64,000 nt of DNA. Origin: Leucoraja erinacea (taxonomy: Eukaryota). Position 1 is the first letter of the stretch, and each line of letters starts with the position of its first letter. A model generated the notes under the pieces. The model did no database searches and was not told the DNA's origin. It saw nothing but the letters and a program-made list of their open reading frames with translations. Shown piece by piece: positions 10,861 to 23,905 of this stretch. The position numbers were made by a program, and so were the translations under genes. The DNA is taken from assembly GCF_028641065.1 (NCBI RefSeq), contig NC_073385.1, positions 60,326,001 to 60,390,000 of the forward strand, written 5' to 3'.

Positions 10861-11244
10861 ATGACCCCCCCTAACAGGGTGCTTTAGTTTATTTTTTTCC
10901 CACCATATTAACTTGATGTTCCAGTTATTTCTCATTGAATTTTAGAGAGAATGCATTATTGAATTGCTTTGCCACAGCTTCATAAAATAATGACATTTGG
11001 AACTAACAGCTGGAATAGCAAGTACTTTTTATCTCTAAGAAGTGAACATTTTCTCTCTAGGAAGCTGATAATAAAGTCACAAATATAAATTTTGGTAATT
11101 CTGCTGTGAAATTGCTGAATGCTTGTAATAAAGCATTTCCTATTATCTCCTAATCCATTAAATGCAACGTTTACCTGCCATCTAGAACTAAAAGCTCATT
11201 CTGTATGCTTACATTTGTTGCATTTTATATCATTTATTTCAGTC

Positions 11245-11735
11245 GAAATGCAGAAGATATTTTCCCTCATGAGGAAATATAGAATAAAGGATATAGTTTA
11301 AGAAAAAGGTATCATACATTTATGACAGATGAGGAGAAATTTCTATTCTCAGAATGTTGTGAAATCTTTGGAATTCTCGAGTGAAGATGGTTTTGGAGGC
11401 TGAAGCATTGAATATATGCAAGGTTGAGCAAGATGTTTGCTCTGTAAGATTTATGTAGAACAATAGGAATAGAAACATAGAAAATAGGTGCAGGAGTAGG
11501 CCATTCGGCCCTTCGAGCCTGCACCGCCATTCAATATGATCATGGCTGATCATCCAACTCAGTATCCTGTACCTGTCTTCTCCCCATACCCCCTGATCCC
11601 TTTAGCCTCAAGGGCCACATCTAACTCCCTCTTAAATATAATAGTAAAAATATTAATGTGGAGCTGAAGCCAAAATCAGATCAGCCGTGATAATATTGAA
11701 CGATAGACCAGTCTTACGGCCTACCATTTCTTATT
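11245..11735 (+). mobile_element. Old CR1 3' fragment with a younger CR1 3' end (11468-11640, - strand) nested inside
   Basis: Decayed CR1 3' sequence flanks a near-identical copy of 237-405. Confidence 0.8.
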
Positions 11736-11834
11736 TTATTTACATCCACTTTCATAGACCGATGGAGCTGTACTTACAATTTCTGGTTTCAGTCGTCCTT
11801 AACCCTGTTTGCTTGCTTACTGTTTAACCTTAAA

Positions 11835-12080
11835 AGGAGGTCACTCGATCTATCAGATCTACATAATCTCACAGGAAAGCATTCCAGTTAGTCCCATTCC
11901 CCCTTTTCTTCTTGCCCTACAAATGGTTTTGTCTCGCGTATCCATCAGCTCTCTCCCGATATTGTTTTGCCAATTTACCTACATTAATGTAGTAGCCAAT
12001 TAATGTATCAGCATTTATTTGGAATATGGGGGAAACCCGCAAAGGTCAGGATTGAACTGAAATCCCTGGAGCTATGAAGA
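11835..12080 (-). mobile_element. Decayed V-SINE/HE1-like SINE
   Basis: ggggaaacccg, ggtcaggattgaac and ccaatttacctac motifs shared with better-preserved copies. Confidence 0.5.
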
Positions 12081-12774
12081 GCTATTGAAGGCATTGGTAA
12101 AGAGTAGCACACAAGTTATTACTTGATCTATAGATATATCTTTCATGAAGATACAGGCTACCAGATAGATTCATTTAGAATGATAAGGTTTGTAATATTT
12201 TGATAAAGCACCTTTTGTAAACATTTTCTATTTTGAAGTGTTTTAGTTTAGAACTGTTTTTTGATATACATTTAAATGAACATGTGACTAAGAACATGTG
12301 ACAGGTATGCCATATTCCTCTTCAATCAGATTGATTCCTGTTTGTTCAAATTCAATATTACAAGGAAAGAGATATGATCTTATCAAGGTCTTAGTTTGTT
12401 TTAAAATTAAAAATTATTTGGCAGTCTGGTCTACTCTCTATTGCTTATTCATTTCCCATCAATCCCCACGTCTGTTGTTTGCTAATCCTGACTGTTTTCA
12501 TTGGCAAGTACAGTGTTTTCCCCTCTGTAACTGTGGTTATTTCCAGAATTAAGATTCAGATCTTAGGTCTGCAGCCAAATTTAGTTCTGAGCCAGGAAGG
12601 TCAGTTCTGGAGCAAAGATGTAGCAAGCAGTAAATATTAAGCCTCATGTACTTAAACCAAAAATAGGAACACCTGATTTTTCTCATTGAACTAATATATG
12701 TGCTCAGGAAATATTGAATACTATTCAATAATAGTTTCTTCACCCATTCTTTTCACACTCTGATTAAATGTTTA

Positions 12775-13610
12775 AAACTGATAGAAGTGAAGAATTGTAA
12801 GGATAAAAATACCCTAATGGGAGTTATCTGCAGGCCCTCAAACAGTAGCCTGGATATAGGGTGCAAGTTGAATCAAGAGTTAAAATTGGCATGTCGCAAA
12901 GGTAATGCTACGGTTGTTATGGGAGATTTCAACATGCAGGTAGACTGGGAAAACTGGACCCCAAGAAAAAGAGATTGTGGAGTGCCTCCGAGATGGATTA
13001 TTATTCTGGAGCCTACCAGGGAGAAGGCGATTCTGGATTTAGTGTTGTGTACTGAACTGGATTTGATAAGGGAGCTCAGGTAAAGGAGCTATTAGGAGAT
13101 AGTGAGCATAATATGATAAGTTTTAATCTACAATTTGAGAGGGAGAAGGGGAAATTGGAAGTGTCAGTATTGCAGTTGAGCAAAGGGGACTATGGAGGTA
13201 TGAGGTAGGAGCTGGCCAAAGTTGACAGGAAAGAGACCCTAGCAGGGATGGCGGTGGAACAACAGTGGCAGGTGTTTCAGGGAATAATATAGAAGGGACA
13301 GGATCAGTTCATTCCAAAGAGGAAGAAAGATTCTAAGGGGAGTAAGTGAACGTAGCTGACAAGGGAAGTCAAGGACAATATAAAAATAAGAGAGAAGTAT
13401 AACATAACAAAGTTGAGCGGGAAGCCAGGGGATTGGGAAACTTTTGAAGATAACTAAAACGGCAATACAGGGAGAAAAGATGAAGTACAAAGGTAAGCTA
13501 GCCAAGAATATAAAAGAGGATATTGAAAGCTTCTTTAGGTATCTGAGGAGGAAAAAATTAGTAAAGATAAATTTGGGTCTCTTGAAGACAGAAACACGGA
13601 AACGAGAGAT
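12775..13610 (+). mobile_element. CR1 ORF2 endonuclease-linker fragment
   Basis: TLMGVICRPSNS, VMGDFNMQVDW and EPTREKAILDLVL motifs, with many stops. Confidence 0.88.
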
Positions 13611-14421
13611 ATAGACGATGATCAAGTTGTGTTGAGTAAGTAGGTTTATTATTGTAACGCATATGAAGATACACTAAAAAATCTTTGTTTTGCTTGCTAT
13701 CCAGTCAGATAATACTATACATAAATACATCGTCAAACTCAAGTACAATAGACGGGGCAAAGGGGAATATATGGTTTGCAGAATACAACCATGTGCAGAC
13801 GTGGCGCCGACGGACGAGAAGCAGAAGCAAAGAAGTCGAAGCCAAAGAACCAAATGGAAGCGAGGCCGAAACAGTAAAAAACCGAAAGAGTACGAAGCCG
13901 AAACGCCAAATAACCGAAAGGATGGGACGCCTAAATGCAAACTAACCGAAAGAGCAGACCCCTAAAAGCCAACTAACCGAAAAGCTGCGTTGCCTAAAAG
14001 CAAACTCACCGAATGGCCGCTCTGTTGAAACGCCACCTACCCGAAGGCGACGTCGCCTACAAGCCAACAAACTGACTGCCACTCAACAGAAACGTCCAAT
14101 AGCAGACATGACGTTGCCGGGGGGCAGGACTTGTCAACGATTGGTCCAGACCCCCGCGTCCATCACATCACTGTGGAGAGATGAACATTGTCCCACACCT
14201 CCGCTCCACCCGACCCACAGAGGGTGGCCATGGGAGAGTGGGGGTTGTCCCGAGGGATGCGCACTTTCGGCCACTTTCAACTTGGTGTTTGGGTTCAGAT
14301 TGCCCAGTCACCTATGGCTTCTGTGGGAAAATGACCCCCACACTCCTGTCTCCCCCTTCTCTCTCCCTCTTCTCTCTTTCCCCTATCTCTCCCTTCTCTC
14401 TCTCCCCCTTCCCTCCTCCTC

Positions 14422-15041
14422 NNNNNNNNNNNNNNNNNNNNNNNNNNNNNNNNNNNNNNNNNNNNNNNNNNNNNNNNNNNNNNNNNNNNNNNNNNNNNNN
14501 NNNNNNNNNNNNNNNNNNNNNNNNNNNNNNNNNNNNNNNNNNNNNNNNNNNNNNNNNNNNNNNNNNNNNNNNNNNNNNNNNNNNNNNNNNNNNNNNNNNN
14601 NNNNNNNNNNNNNNNNNNNNNNNNNNNNNNNNNNNNNNNNNNNNNNNNNNNNNNNNNNNNNNNNNNNNNNNNNNNNNNNNNNNNNNNNNNNNNNNNNNNN
14701 NNNNNNNNNNNNNNNNNNNNNNNNNNNNNNNNNNNNNNNNNNNNNNNNNNNNNNNNNNNNNNNNNNNNNNNNNNNNNNNNNNNNNNNNNNNNNNNNNNNN
14801 NNNNNNNNNNNNNNNNNNNNNNNNNNNNNNNNNNNNNNNNNNNNNNNNNNNNNNNNNNNNNNNNNNNNNNNNNNNNNNNNNNNNNNNNNNNNNNNNNNNN
14901 NNNNNNNNNNNNNNNNNNNNNNNNNNNNNNNNNNNNNNNNNNNNNNNNNNNNNNNNNNNNNNNNNNNNNNNNNNNNNNNNNNNNNNNNNNNNNNNNNNNN
15001 NNNNNNNNNNNNNNNNNNNNNNNNNNNNNNNNNNNNNNNNN
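14422..15041. other. Assembly gap (N run)
   Basis: 620 Ns. Confidence 1.
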
Positions 15042-15209
15042 GCGGGAGCGTCCCCCCACCCAGAGTCACTGACCGCGATGCACCGCCATCGGCCCACAAA
15101 CACCACAATTTGATCTCCTCCCACTTCCCCCCCCCCCCCCCCCCAACAACAAGAAGCACGTTTTATTTATTACCGTCTCGTTGCTTGCGCAACGCACACA
15201 AGCTCTCAC

Positions 15210-15282
15210 GCACAAAACAAGCAGCATCTCTGGAGAGAATGAATGGGTGACATTTCGTGCCGAGACCATTCATCAGACCTGA
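15210..15282 (-). mobile_element. Penelope pLTR fragment with a hammerhead-like core
   Basis: Reverse complement reads gtctgatgaatggtctcggcacgaaatgtcacccattc. Confidence 0.65.
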
Positions 15283-16142
15283 TGTGATGGACGTGGGGGT
15301 CTGGTCCAATCTCTGACAAGTCCCGACCCCCGGCAACGTCATGTCCGTTATTGGACTTTTCTGTTGAGCGGCAGTCGGTTCATTGGCTTGTAGGCGACGA
15401 CGCCTTTCTGGTAGGTGGTGTTTCGACAGAGTGGCCATTCGGTGAATTTGCTTTTAGGCGATGCAGCTTATCGGTTAGTTTGCTTTTAGGCGTCCCATCC
15501 TTTCAGTTAGTTGGCGTTTCGTCTTCGTACTCTTTCATTTTTTTTGGCGTTTCGGCCTCGTTTCCATTCGGTTCTTTGGCTTTGACTTCTTTGCTTCGGC
15601 TTCTCGTCCATCGGTGCCACATCCGGGTACCGAATACAACAATGTCAACATTGTTGAGGATCAGTTCCAGTGGTGAGTCCAATGTCCATAATGGGGTAGA
15701 GATGAAATTGACCATGCCCTAACATATAGGACTGTTCCAAAAACTTAGAACAGAGGACACAAAGCTGTTCCTGAGTCTGGCAGTGTGCACTTCCAAGTTT
15801 CTGTATCTTCTGCCCGATGGAAGCGGGGAGAATAAGGAATGACCGGGATCGGACAAGTCTTTGATTATGTTGGTTACTTTTCCAGGCTGCCTGAAGTGTA
15901 GGTGGAGTCAATGGTGGGGAGTCTGTTCTGTGTTGTTGGACTGGGCTATATCCACAACTCTATAATGTCTTGCCAACTTGGCAGAACTGTTTCTAAACCA
16001 AGATGTGATGCAGCCTAAGAGCTCTATCTAACTCGCTCTGGTATCCAACACTGTGCAGTATCCCTCGGTAGCACTATTGAGAACACCTTCCATCACCTTG
16101 GTGAGATTGTGAGTTGATTGATGGGCAATAATTGTCCAAACT

Positions 16143-16433
16143 TGATTTAGACTTTCGAGATGCAGATGGAAACAGGCCTTTTGACCCACTGAGTTCATGC
16201 TGACCAACGATCACCCCGTACACTAGCAGTACCCTACAAACTTGGGACCACTTGCACAAGCCAGTTAACCTACAAGACTGGAGAGTGGGAGGAAACCACA
16301 GCACCCGGAGAAAACGCACATGGTCATAGGAAGAACATACAAACTCTATACAGACAGCACCCGTAGTCAGGATCGAACCCGCGTCCCTGGTGCTGTAAGG
16401 CAGCAAATCTACTGCTGCGCCACCATGTCGCCC
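16143..16433 (-). mobile_element. Full-length tRNA-derived V-SINE (HE1-like)
   Basis: Reverse complement has ggtggcgcagcagtaga (A box), ggttcgatcc (B box), V-domain core ttctccgggtgctgtggtttcctcccac and a CR1-like tail. Confidence 0.88.
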
Positions 16434-18004
16434 AGTTATTTGTACAGGAAAATGATATGTCTTGGTTGTTTTCCATTTTATCGGGTAGATGCCTGTATTA
16501 ATAACTGCAATGGCTAGATATGTGATCAACTGGAGAATAGGTCTGCAGCTTTGCAGCCAGGAGATTGTCAAAGCTTGTTTTATTGCATCATGTTCTTAAC
16601 CACCACTTAATGTTTCATTGGGCATTTATGTTATAGATTATGAGACTTCACACACTTTATTGTTGCCCTTTATAATCTTGCTGGGCTCTTACATAGTTGA
16701 GTATAGGTATATTTTGGAGATTCCTCCACTCATTTCTTTAATTAGCATTCCATCTATGGCTGTCTTTTACTTTAGTTTCAGCAATGCAGCTTGGCAAGCT
16801 TTTCTGCACTTATTTATGAAAGGTTTTTGATTTTTAATGATGGGCTCAGAGCCATGTTACGTCATGTGATTACAGATTGTGGTAGAATAATGATAATTCC
16901 CACTGAGACTCTCAGCATGGTGGTAGTTAACATGCCCAGAGTAAAGAGGAAACTGTGTCTCCTAAAGGGATGCATAATAGTTACTTCTGCCAATATTTTC
17001 ATTCATCGCGTCTGGTATAGGTTGGTTGATTGAGATAAAGGTGAAATCGTTTTTTTTCCCTTTGTGATAGTTCCCTTAATAACTGCTGTGGGTCTAATCT
17101 GCAAGTGTGTCTTCAGAATTCAGCCAAAATTGCTCAATGGCTGTACACCATACCATATGATGAGATGCCCTTTGAACTCCCACCTCTGATGATATGTCTT
17201 CCTTGGTGGTCCTTCCAAATTACTTTCAACAGGGAGTACTGATTCACAGATTGAGGGAGGGTGATATTGACCTGAAGGTTCCCTTAACTATGCTTACTGA
17301 TGTGACGGGACATTGCTGTTGAAGGCTTTAGCGTACTGACCTTCCCAGAGTTCTTGCATCTCCGATGGAATTGCTTACCACCCAGGAATAAGATGGAGCC
17401 TGAGACATCAATCAGTATGATTCTATGAACTTGTTACATGACTAACCTATTGAATGATTATCCCAATATTGGCATATACCTTCAATTTCAGTGGGGAAGG
17501 TGCTCGTGTCTCTGAATTGAAGCTACAATCAAAGCCCTAGGTCCCTCCAGGAATTTTTCATACATTAGCCAGCCCATTGTACAAATTAGCTATTTGTGTT
17601 TAAAACTTGGTCTTTAGTCTTTTCCAATTCTAATTGACCAACTGTGTATTCCTAATTTTTTGTTTTTTTTATAAGATTTTATTGCAGCTCTTTTATAGAA
17701 AGTCCTATCAGTTGTACTGGGTTTCAACCACCAGATGCCACCGGTGCACTATATAAATGTTCTGGCATCACCTGGTGTCAGTAGTTTCTCACTGCACCAG
17801 CATCATTAAATATTTCTGCCAGTGAACCTTAAGTTTTTCTTTAACTGTATAGTTACGCTTACGGCCTGAAGAATTTTTAACATTCTATCTTTGCCATAAG
17901 TAAGATAAAATGTAATTAACTATTTACTTCCATTACATATCAATATTAAGTCACTTGGATGAGCCCATGTCCATCATGCAAACCTATCATGGGATTTAAG
18001 GCAC

Positions 18005-18130
18005 TGCATTAATTTAGTGACCCATCAAAAAATATGGCACTTCTAACTCTACAGCAGTTCCAATGTTGAAATCAAGTTGTGATTCAATGCTCAGTTCCTT
18101 GGAATGGGATTTCAGTCCTTAAACTTCTTT
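18005..18130 (-). mobile_element. Ancient DeuSINE (SacSINE1-like) remnant
   Basis: Degenerate similarity to 61055-61232 and to the recalled SacSINE1 5' part. Confidence 0.4.
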
Positions 18131-18861
18131 CTTTTATATAGTGGTTGCGTGCAATTCTTGTTCACAAGATGTACTGCTTTCCTGTACTCTTTTGCAAATT
18201 ATTGCCTGTGCTCGTACTGGAATTGCATCACTGAAAGACATTAAAACTTTTGTGACATACTCAAATACTTTAACACCAGAATTTAAAAAAAATGTCCAAT
18301 AAGATAAGAGTGATGAATGAGTTTATAGCTGTGATCAAAATCCTTTTCATTTGGGTAATCTATTAATTTTTGGAATATTTAAATTCATTAATGGGAGGCT
18401 GTGTGAGAAATGGGATGGAGAAATCACTGGTGTACTTGTGAGATCAGCCAGAGCAGAGGGAAGGTTATTTAGCATCCAATTATCATCTGATCTGAAGATG
18501 CCTGGTTAACATTGAAGATCAGAAATTTAACGTATCTCATTCCAGAGTGCTAAATCGCCATTAAAATCATTGAAAAGCAGGTTCTTCTGATATTGCGCAG
18601 TACTTGCACCAAAGTGCCATCTTGCTCAGACTTGGAAATTATCTAGATCAGCATGCAATTTGTTTGACTCCTTAAATCATCCTCCTGTTACATCCTTAAG
18701 ACATAGTTCCATATAATATTCCGTTTGCAGAGAATGCTACATCACAATTCATGTAAATATCTGTCCCTGAAAGAAGAATCATTTCTCTGCGAAAGTGTGC
18801 TGTTGATTTGATGTATGTTTCATTTAGCTAATTATATGCATACATTAATAAATATATAGTT

Positions 18862-19148
18862 TCGCTTAGTTTAGAGTTTAGCCTACCGAGTCCACACCGA
18901 CCAGCGATCCCCGCACATTAACAATATCCTACACACACGAGGGACAATTTACATTTATATCAAGCCAATTAACCTACAAACCTGTACGTCTTTGGAGTGT
19001 GCGATGAAACCGAAGATCTTGGAGAAAACCCACGCACGTCTCGGGAAGAAGGTACGAACTATGTACAACAAGCACCCGTAGTCAGGATCGAACCCAGGTT
19101 TCTGGTGCTGTAAGGCAGCCACTCCACTGCTGTGCCATCGTGCTGCCC
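18862..19148 (-). mobile_element. V-SINE (HE1-like)
   Basis: Same head, core and tail as 16143-16433. Confidence 0.88.
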
Positions 19149-19938
19149 TAAATAAGTAGACGTATATGACTGTGCATTGCATAATCATAAGCCATGAGAA
19201 TTTGACCATCTACAATGTGTTTTCATAGTATATTGTAGAAATGTTGTTCCTGTGTAACATGTAATGGAAAAGTAGTATTTTTCAAGCTTCTTGCAGGACA
19301 CAGGTTTCTCCTCTACTGTCACATTAAGCCATATAGATCCACAAATGCAAAATCCCTAAGTTGATGAATTGGCTTGGCTATTGCAGTAGCAAAAGTATTC
19401 CTGGCAAAACAGAGGAAATTCCCTCATTTTTTTGCCATTGTCTTGTTAATAGTACTTTTGCAAAGAGATTATATTTCCAAAATGGAAAGGAGGAGGACAG
19501 GGTCCCTAATATTATGTGAGTCATTAAGAAAAATAGGTATAATACCTCAGAGCTAGGAATGCACAGCATGTAACATATCAACACTACTGAATCCTGCACT
19601 CAATGTAACAGACTCAAGTATTATATTTAGTCTTTCGATTGTGCATAAATAGTGACATAGCGACCTGTGACATAAATAGTGACATAGCGACATAGTGAAT
19701 GTGGACCACGGCGGAAGAATAATTTAAATTGGTGGGAAAAAAATAATAAAAATGTTTTGAAGAAGATGACTGAGGAATTGTTTTCTTGGAAATTTGCTGA
19801 CCACTATGCATTGCTTCTAAGAATGTATGAACTCTGATGGAGGAAGAATGACCAAAAGGAGCATTCACAGAATGTTCAGAGCTGATGCAAATGGTGTGTT
19901 GAGTGTAGGACAGGAATGGTCCTACCTGGGTTGAATAA

Positions 19939-20186
19939 AGTGTCTGTCCCACTTTCACGACCTAATTCACGACCTCTGCCGAGTTTGCCCTTGACTCATA
20001 CTTGCAGCATGGTCGTCACGAGGTCGTAGGTAGGTCGTAGGAGGTCGTAGGTAGGTCATAGAAGGTCGTGATACTAGTCGTAGGTACTCGTGGCATCAAG
20101 TAGGTCGGGGTTTTTTTTCAACATGATGAAAAATGTCCACGAGTAAAAAAGGTTGTGAATTAGGTCGTGAAAGTGGGACAGGCCTT
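19939..20186. mobile_element. PIF/Harbinger-type MITE
   Basis: TIR ctgtcccactttcacgacctaattcac / gtgaattaggtcgtgaaagtgggacag. TAA on both flanks (19936-38 and 20187-89). Confidence 0.85.
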
Positions 20187-20351
20187 TAACTTGCCACCTC
20201 TTACTGTTAACAGTAAAGAATTGCAAGCTGAATCAGAATACTGGATGACTGTACCATATCCATACACTTATTACTGCCATCAGAACAAGAGTGGGCGTTA
20301 AAGGGTACCTCAATTTCAATTGTTTTTTGTTTCAGTCTGATCTTGACAGTT

Positions 20352-20900
20352 GATGATGATGATGATACTTTATTGTTACATGTACCTAAGTATAGTGAAA
20401 TTCTTTGTTTTTGCATACAAAGCACACAAAAGGCGCCATAAAGGCGCCGACAATGTTACAAAAAGTACTCTTTAAGTAATGTATGTCCCTCCTTTGACCC
20501 TCCCCCACCCTCCACCGGGTCCTCCTTTGTTCTCGGCAGCCCCCCCACGCTGGGTCCTCCTTTGTTCTCGGCAGCCCCCCCACTCTGGGTCCCCCTTTGT
20601 TCTCGGCAGCCCCCCCAGGCTGGGACCCGCTTTGTTCTCGGTGGCCCCCCCACGCTAGGTCCCCTTTTGGTCTTGGTGACGCAGCCTGTCCACCCTGGCC
20701 CGACCACCGAGTGTCAGACCTTGGCCTGACCTCCAGGGACTCTGACCATTGGGAAACCAACTTCGAGAATATGACCACGGCCCGATCCCAGGGCCCGATT
20801 GCCGGGACACCGACAGCCGCGACTCTGACTTCGCTTTGCACCAGCTTCCCTGTAGGCCGCGGAAATATGTGGGAGCCTTCAAGCTGCATGCGATGCCCTA
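20352..20900 (-). mobile_element. GC-rich non-autonomous retroposon with a Rex1-like tail and an internal ~33-bp minisatellite
   Basis: (ATC)n tail after aacaataaa on the - strand. gggtcctcctttgttctcggcagccccccca x4-5 at 20515-20670. Confidence 0.6.
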
Positions 20901-21046
20901 TTTATAAACTTTCAGTTGTAAGTTAAATACACCTAAACTAAAGATCTGTTAATCATTTGGGTGTTATAAATTTTAATTATTTAAGTCACCGTAAACATTT
21001 AGGTTGTCCAAATGATGACATTATTTGACATTGGAAAACATTATCT

Positions 21047-21135
21047 CTGTCTGATGATGGGTCTCGACCCAAAACGTTACCTATTCCTTTTCTCCAGAGA
21101 TGCTGCGGTTACTGTGTTACTCCAGCATTTTGTTA
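21047..21135 (+). mobile_element. Penelope pLTR fragment with a hammerhead-like core
   Basis: ctgatgatgggtctcgacccaaaacgttacc...ccagagatgctgc. Confidence 0.7.
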
Positions 21136-22507
21136 TATTGGATAACATCATGAGTTATAATTTGTGAAGAGACATTAACTTCTGAAACAATTCTTATCTT
21201 TGTTCAGTTTAACCAGGAATTTAATGTTATTCTGCTAAACAAATAGCTTAGTAATTCATGGGTGTCTCAACTGTAATCTGTTGCTTAGACATCCTTTCCT
21301 GACTAATGAATTGCCACACTGTACATAACCTTAAAAGAACTTGTCTGTACTGATGAAGCAATTCCTGTATAGGTTAGAGTTTGTCTTGCTAGATTAGAAT
21401 GAAATCCCTTTGGGAAACTTTGTTAAATTGAAATGAAATCAACCTGGAGTTAGAGTCCGAGATATTATAAGTAAAATAATAAAAAAAAAACAGTTGAGAA
21501 ACATTCAGTGAAATAAAACTGAGTAATAAAATAAGTGATTTCAATCTCTCTGCAACAAGCTGCTGACTTTACTGGAGAATCATTATTTTCAGGACTAAAT
21601 CTGTATTTTAGTGCAAAATTCCTTTTACTTGCAACATTTTATACTTCCACTTAATATAATGTTCTGGAAGATTTTATCTTTATAAACAAGTATTTTCCAG
21701 TGGAAAAAAAGTTACAGCAATGTAATTGAATGGTCAAAAAAGGATGTGGGATATTTTGATGAAAGCTGTTGTTTTTCCTTTTAAAACTGGATAATTTGGC
21801 TGTTATATCAACAGATCTCACTGGAAGAATAATGTATCTATGTTGCTCCAAATGACAGGTCATTCAGGAGATTAGGCAGCATCCATGAAACGAGAAAGAG
21901 AGCATTTGAGGACAATGACATTGATATTGGAAAAGCGAGGAAACAGATATGTTTCATGTCTGAACAAAGGGGAGAGGTGGAAAATCAGAGGGGATATTTG
22001 TTATACTGTGCTGATCAAAGTAACCAGTATTTTAAATGTGGGCAATTAGAGACAGAAGAGTGAAGAGAAAGGAACAAATTCAAACTGAAATATATGTGTG
22101 AAGCGAAGGAGAAAAAAAATGGTCACCTGAAATTGTTGTTTTCATTGTTGAGATGAGATGGACCGTTTACTGTTGTTCATTGATCTTACATTGAGTATCG
22201 TTGAATCATGTCGGAAGCTTGTTGCACTAGTTCTCAGTCCCATTTCCACGTTGACCTATGTCTTTGGCTTTCTATACAGAATAGAGAAGCATCATAGGAT
22301 GCATTTTCACTGGGTCTGATTCCTAGGAATCCCTATCCAACAATATCCGGAGCCATCATCAAAAAATCTACAGCAGTTCAAGAGGGCCACTACCTTCCTG
22401 AATACAATTAGCATTGGGAAATAAATGTCCGTGGTTTCCACATTTTATGAATGATTTTTTTAAAGGTCATTGTAACTTCCACAAAATAAAATTTGGAAGC
22501 TTAATCT

Positions 22508-22862
22508 CACAAGTTCACAAGTTATAGGAGTAGAATTAGGCCATGTGGCCCATCGAGTCTACTCCTCCATTCAATCATGGCTGCCTCCTAATCCCATTTT
22601 CCTTCCTTCTCACCGTAACCCTTGACACCGATTCTAATCAAGAATTTGTCTGTCTCTGCCTTAAAAATATCCACTGATTTGGCCTCCACAGCCTTCTGTG
22701 GCAATGAGTTCCATGGATTAACTACCCATTGACTAAAGAAGTTCCTCTTCACCTTTCTAAAAGAGCACCCTTTAATTCTGAGGCTATGACCTATGGACCT
22801 AGACTCTCCCACCAGTGGAAACATCCTTTCCACATCCACTTTATCTACGACTTTCATTATTC
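22508..22862 (-). mobile_element. CR1 3' end (subfamily with an AACTTGTG tail)
   Basis: MFPLVGESRSIGHSLRIKG...WNSLPQKAVEA motif. Confidence 0.9.
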
Positions 22863-23307
22863 TGGAATCAGGCTGGATCTTTCCCTTCCACATTTCTGTT
22901 GCCCACTATTTATTATTTATGGTTCTCACCACTGCCCTTCTTTGTTCATGCTCATCAATGCTGATTAACTGAGTTGTCATTCTTGCTCACTTTGTACTTG
23001 TATATTTTATTCTTTAATTATTAAATTTAAATATTAGTCTGCAGGAATCCCTGTAAAGTTAATGCGTGAATGGCAGTCAGTTTTTTTTTGTCAGTTATCT
23101 CAAATTTATATCGGATTACTGTCAGTTCTGGTATTACGACATTACTATCTGATTTTTGAACATCTTAGTAAAAATAAAAATTGCCTTTACTTTTAAAGAA
23201 AACAATCCCAATCTCCCTGCTCTTTCTCTTCAATCCCTTCAATGGAAATCCCACAACTCTTAACACCATTTTGGTAATACGTCTCTCTACACCAAACTCC
23301 TTAAATA

Positions 23308-23800
23308 CAGTAAACCCTCATTTTAAAGGACCACGTTATAGCAGATTTTGGATATAGCAGACGGACCCCCCAACTTACACTGCTTCCCCGGCCGCCTGGA
23401 GCCCTGGCTTCCGAGGGCCCCCACCTCGCAAAATGCACCAGCAAGCACTTCTTCCCCCACCAAAGGTCTTCACAGTCCAGTCAGGATGATATTGTGGCTC
23501 ACGCTGTAGCCTCTGGGAACAGCGCTTACTTCAGGCTGCTGCCACTGATGGGGCGCACTCGATCATCGTGAGGCTCCCTCCCCTCTAACTAGCTGCAAGC
23601 CCCTACATCCCTCCTTCCCCTCCACTGCAGCCTCCTCCTCCTGCCCTGGAGTCGTCGACATGCTCCACCTTGGAAGCAGAGGTAGCGGCGACCTGAAGAA
23701 AGTATGTTCTGTGGAGGGCTACAGCATGAGCCATAAAAACAGCCGCATGAAGCAGTGAAGAAGGGCTCGCAGGTGCAGACCAGAGACATGGGTGCCTAGT
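23308..23800 (+). mobile_element. Possible pogo/Tigger-like MITE left end plus GC-rich interior
   Basis: TA|CAGTAAACCCTC...gttatagcagattttggatatagc. No matching right TIR found. Confidence 0.4.
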
Positions 23801-23905
23801 TTTAAGGTAAAATGACACTAAGTGCCAGAATAACTCAGCAGTCTGATTCATTCTGAATAAGGGTCCCACCGTCACCTATCCATGGTCTCTAGTAATGCTG
23901 CCTGA

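Larger units (their letters stand above)
13790..15631. mobile_element. Non-autonomous long-TIR DNA transposon with a 9-bp TSD (MULE/foldback-like)
   Basis: TIRs at 13790-14170 and 15280-15631 with modular subrepeats. GAATACAAC at both 13781-13789 and 15632-15640. Contains an N gap. Confidence 0.82.
13630..16030 (-). mobile_element. Rex1/Babar-like 3' fragment, interrupted by the long-TIR element at 13790-15631
   Basis: Tail at 13630-13789. Region 15640-16030 is homologous to the ORF end at 59270-59500. Confidence 0.7.

Noticed and set aside
12305-12380. AG|GTATGCC as the candidate next RMDN exon (W-Y-A-I)
   Set aside because: No pyrimidine tract, the downstream peptide is unlike RMDN, and there is an in-frame stop.
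14108-15250. Long ORFs of 254-380 aa
   Set aside because: Artefacts of translating through the N gap.
16330-16433. tRNA-like sequence with A and B boxes (also ~19050-19148)
   Set aside because: SINE heads attached to a V-core and LINE tail, not tRNA genes.
17728-17780. CTCF-like ccaccagatgccacc with a nearby weak inverted repeat and TATA
   Set aside because: The core deviates from consensus; a single motif is not sufficient support.
20515-20670. Regularly spaced ~33-bp repeats (also 53035-53150 and 26560-26700) resembling a CRISPR array
   Set aside because: Contiguous minisatellites without unique spacers, no cas genes, and a vertebrate context.
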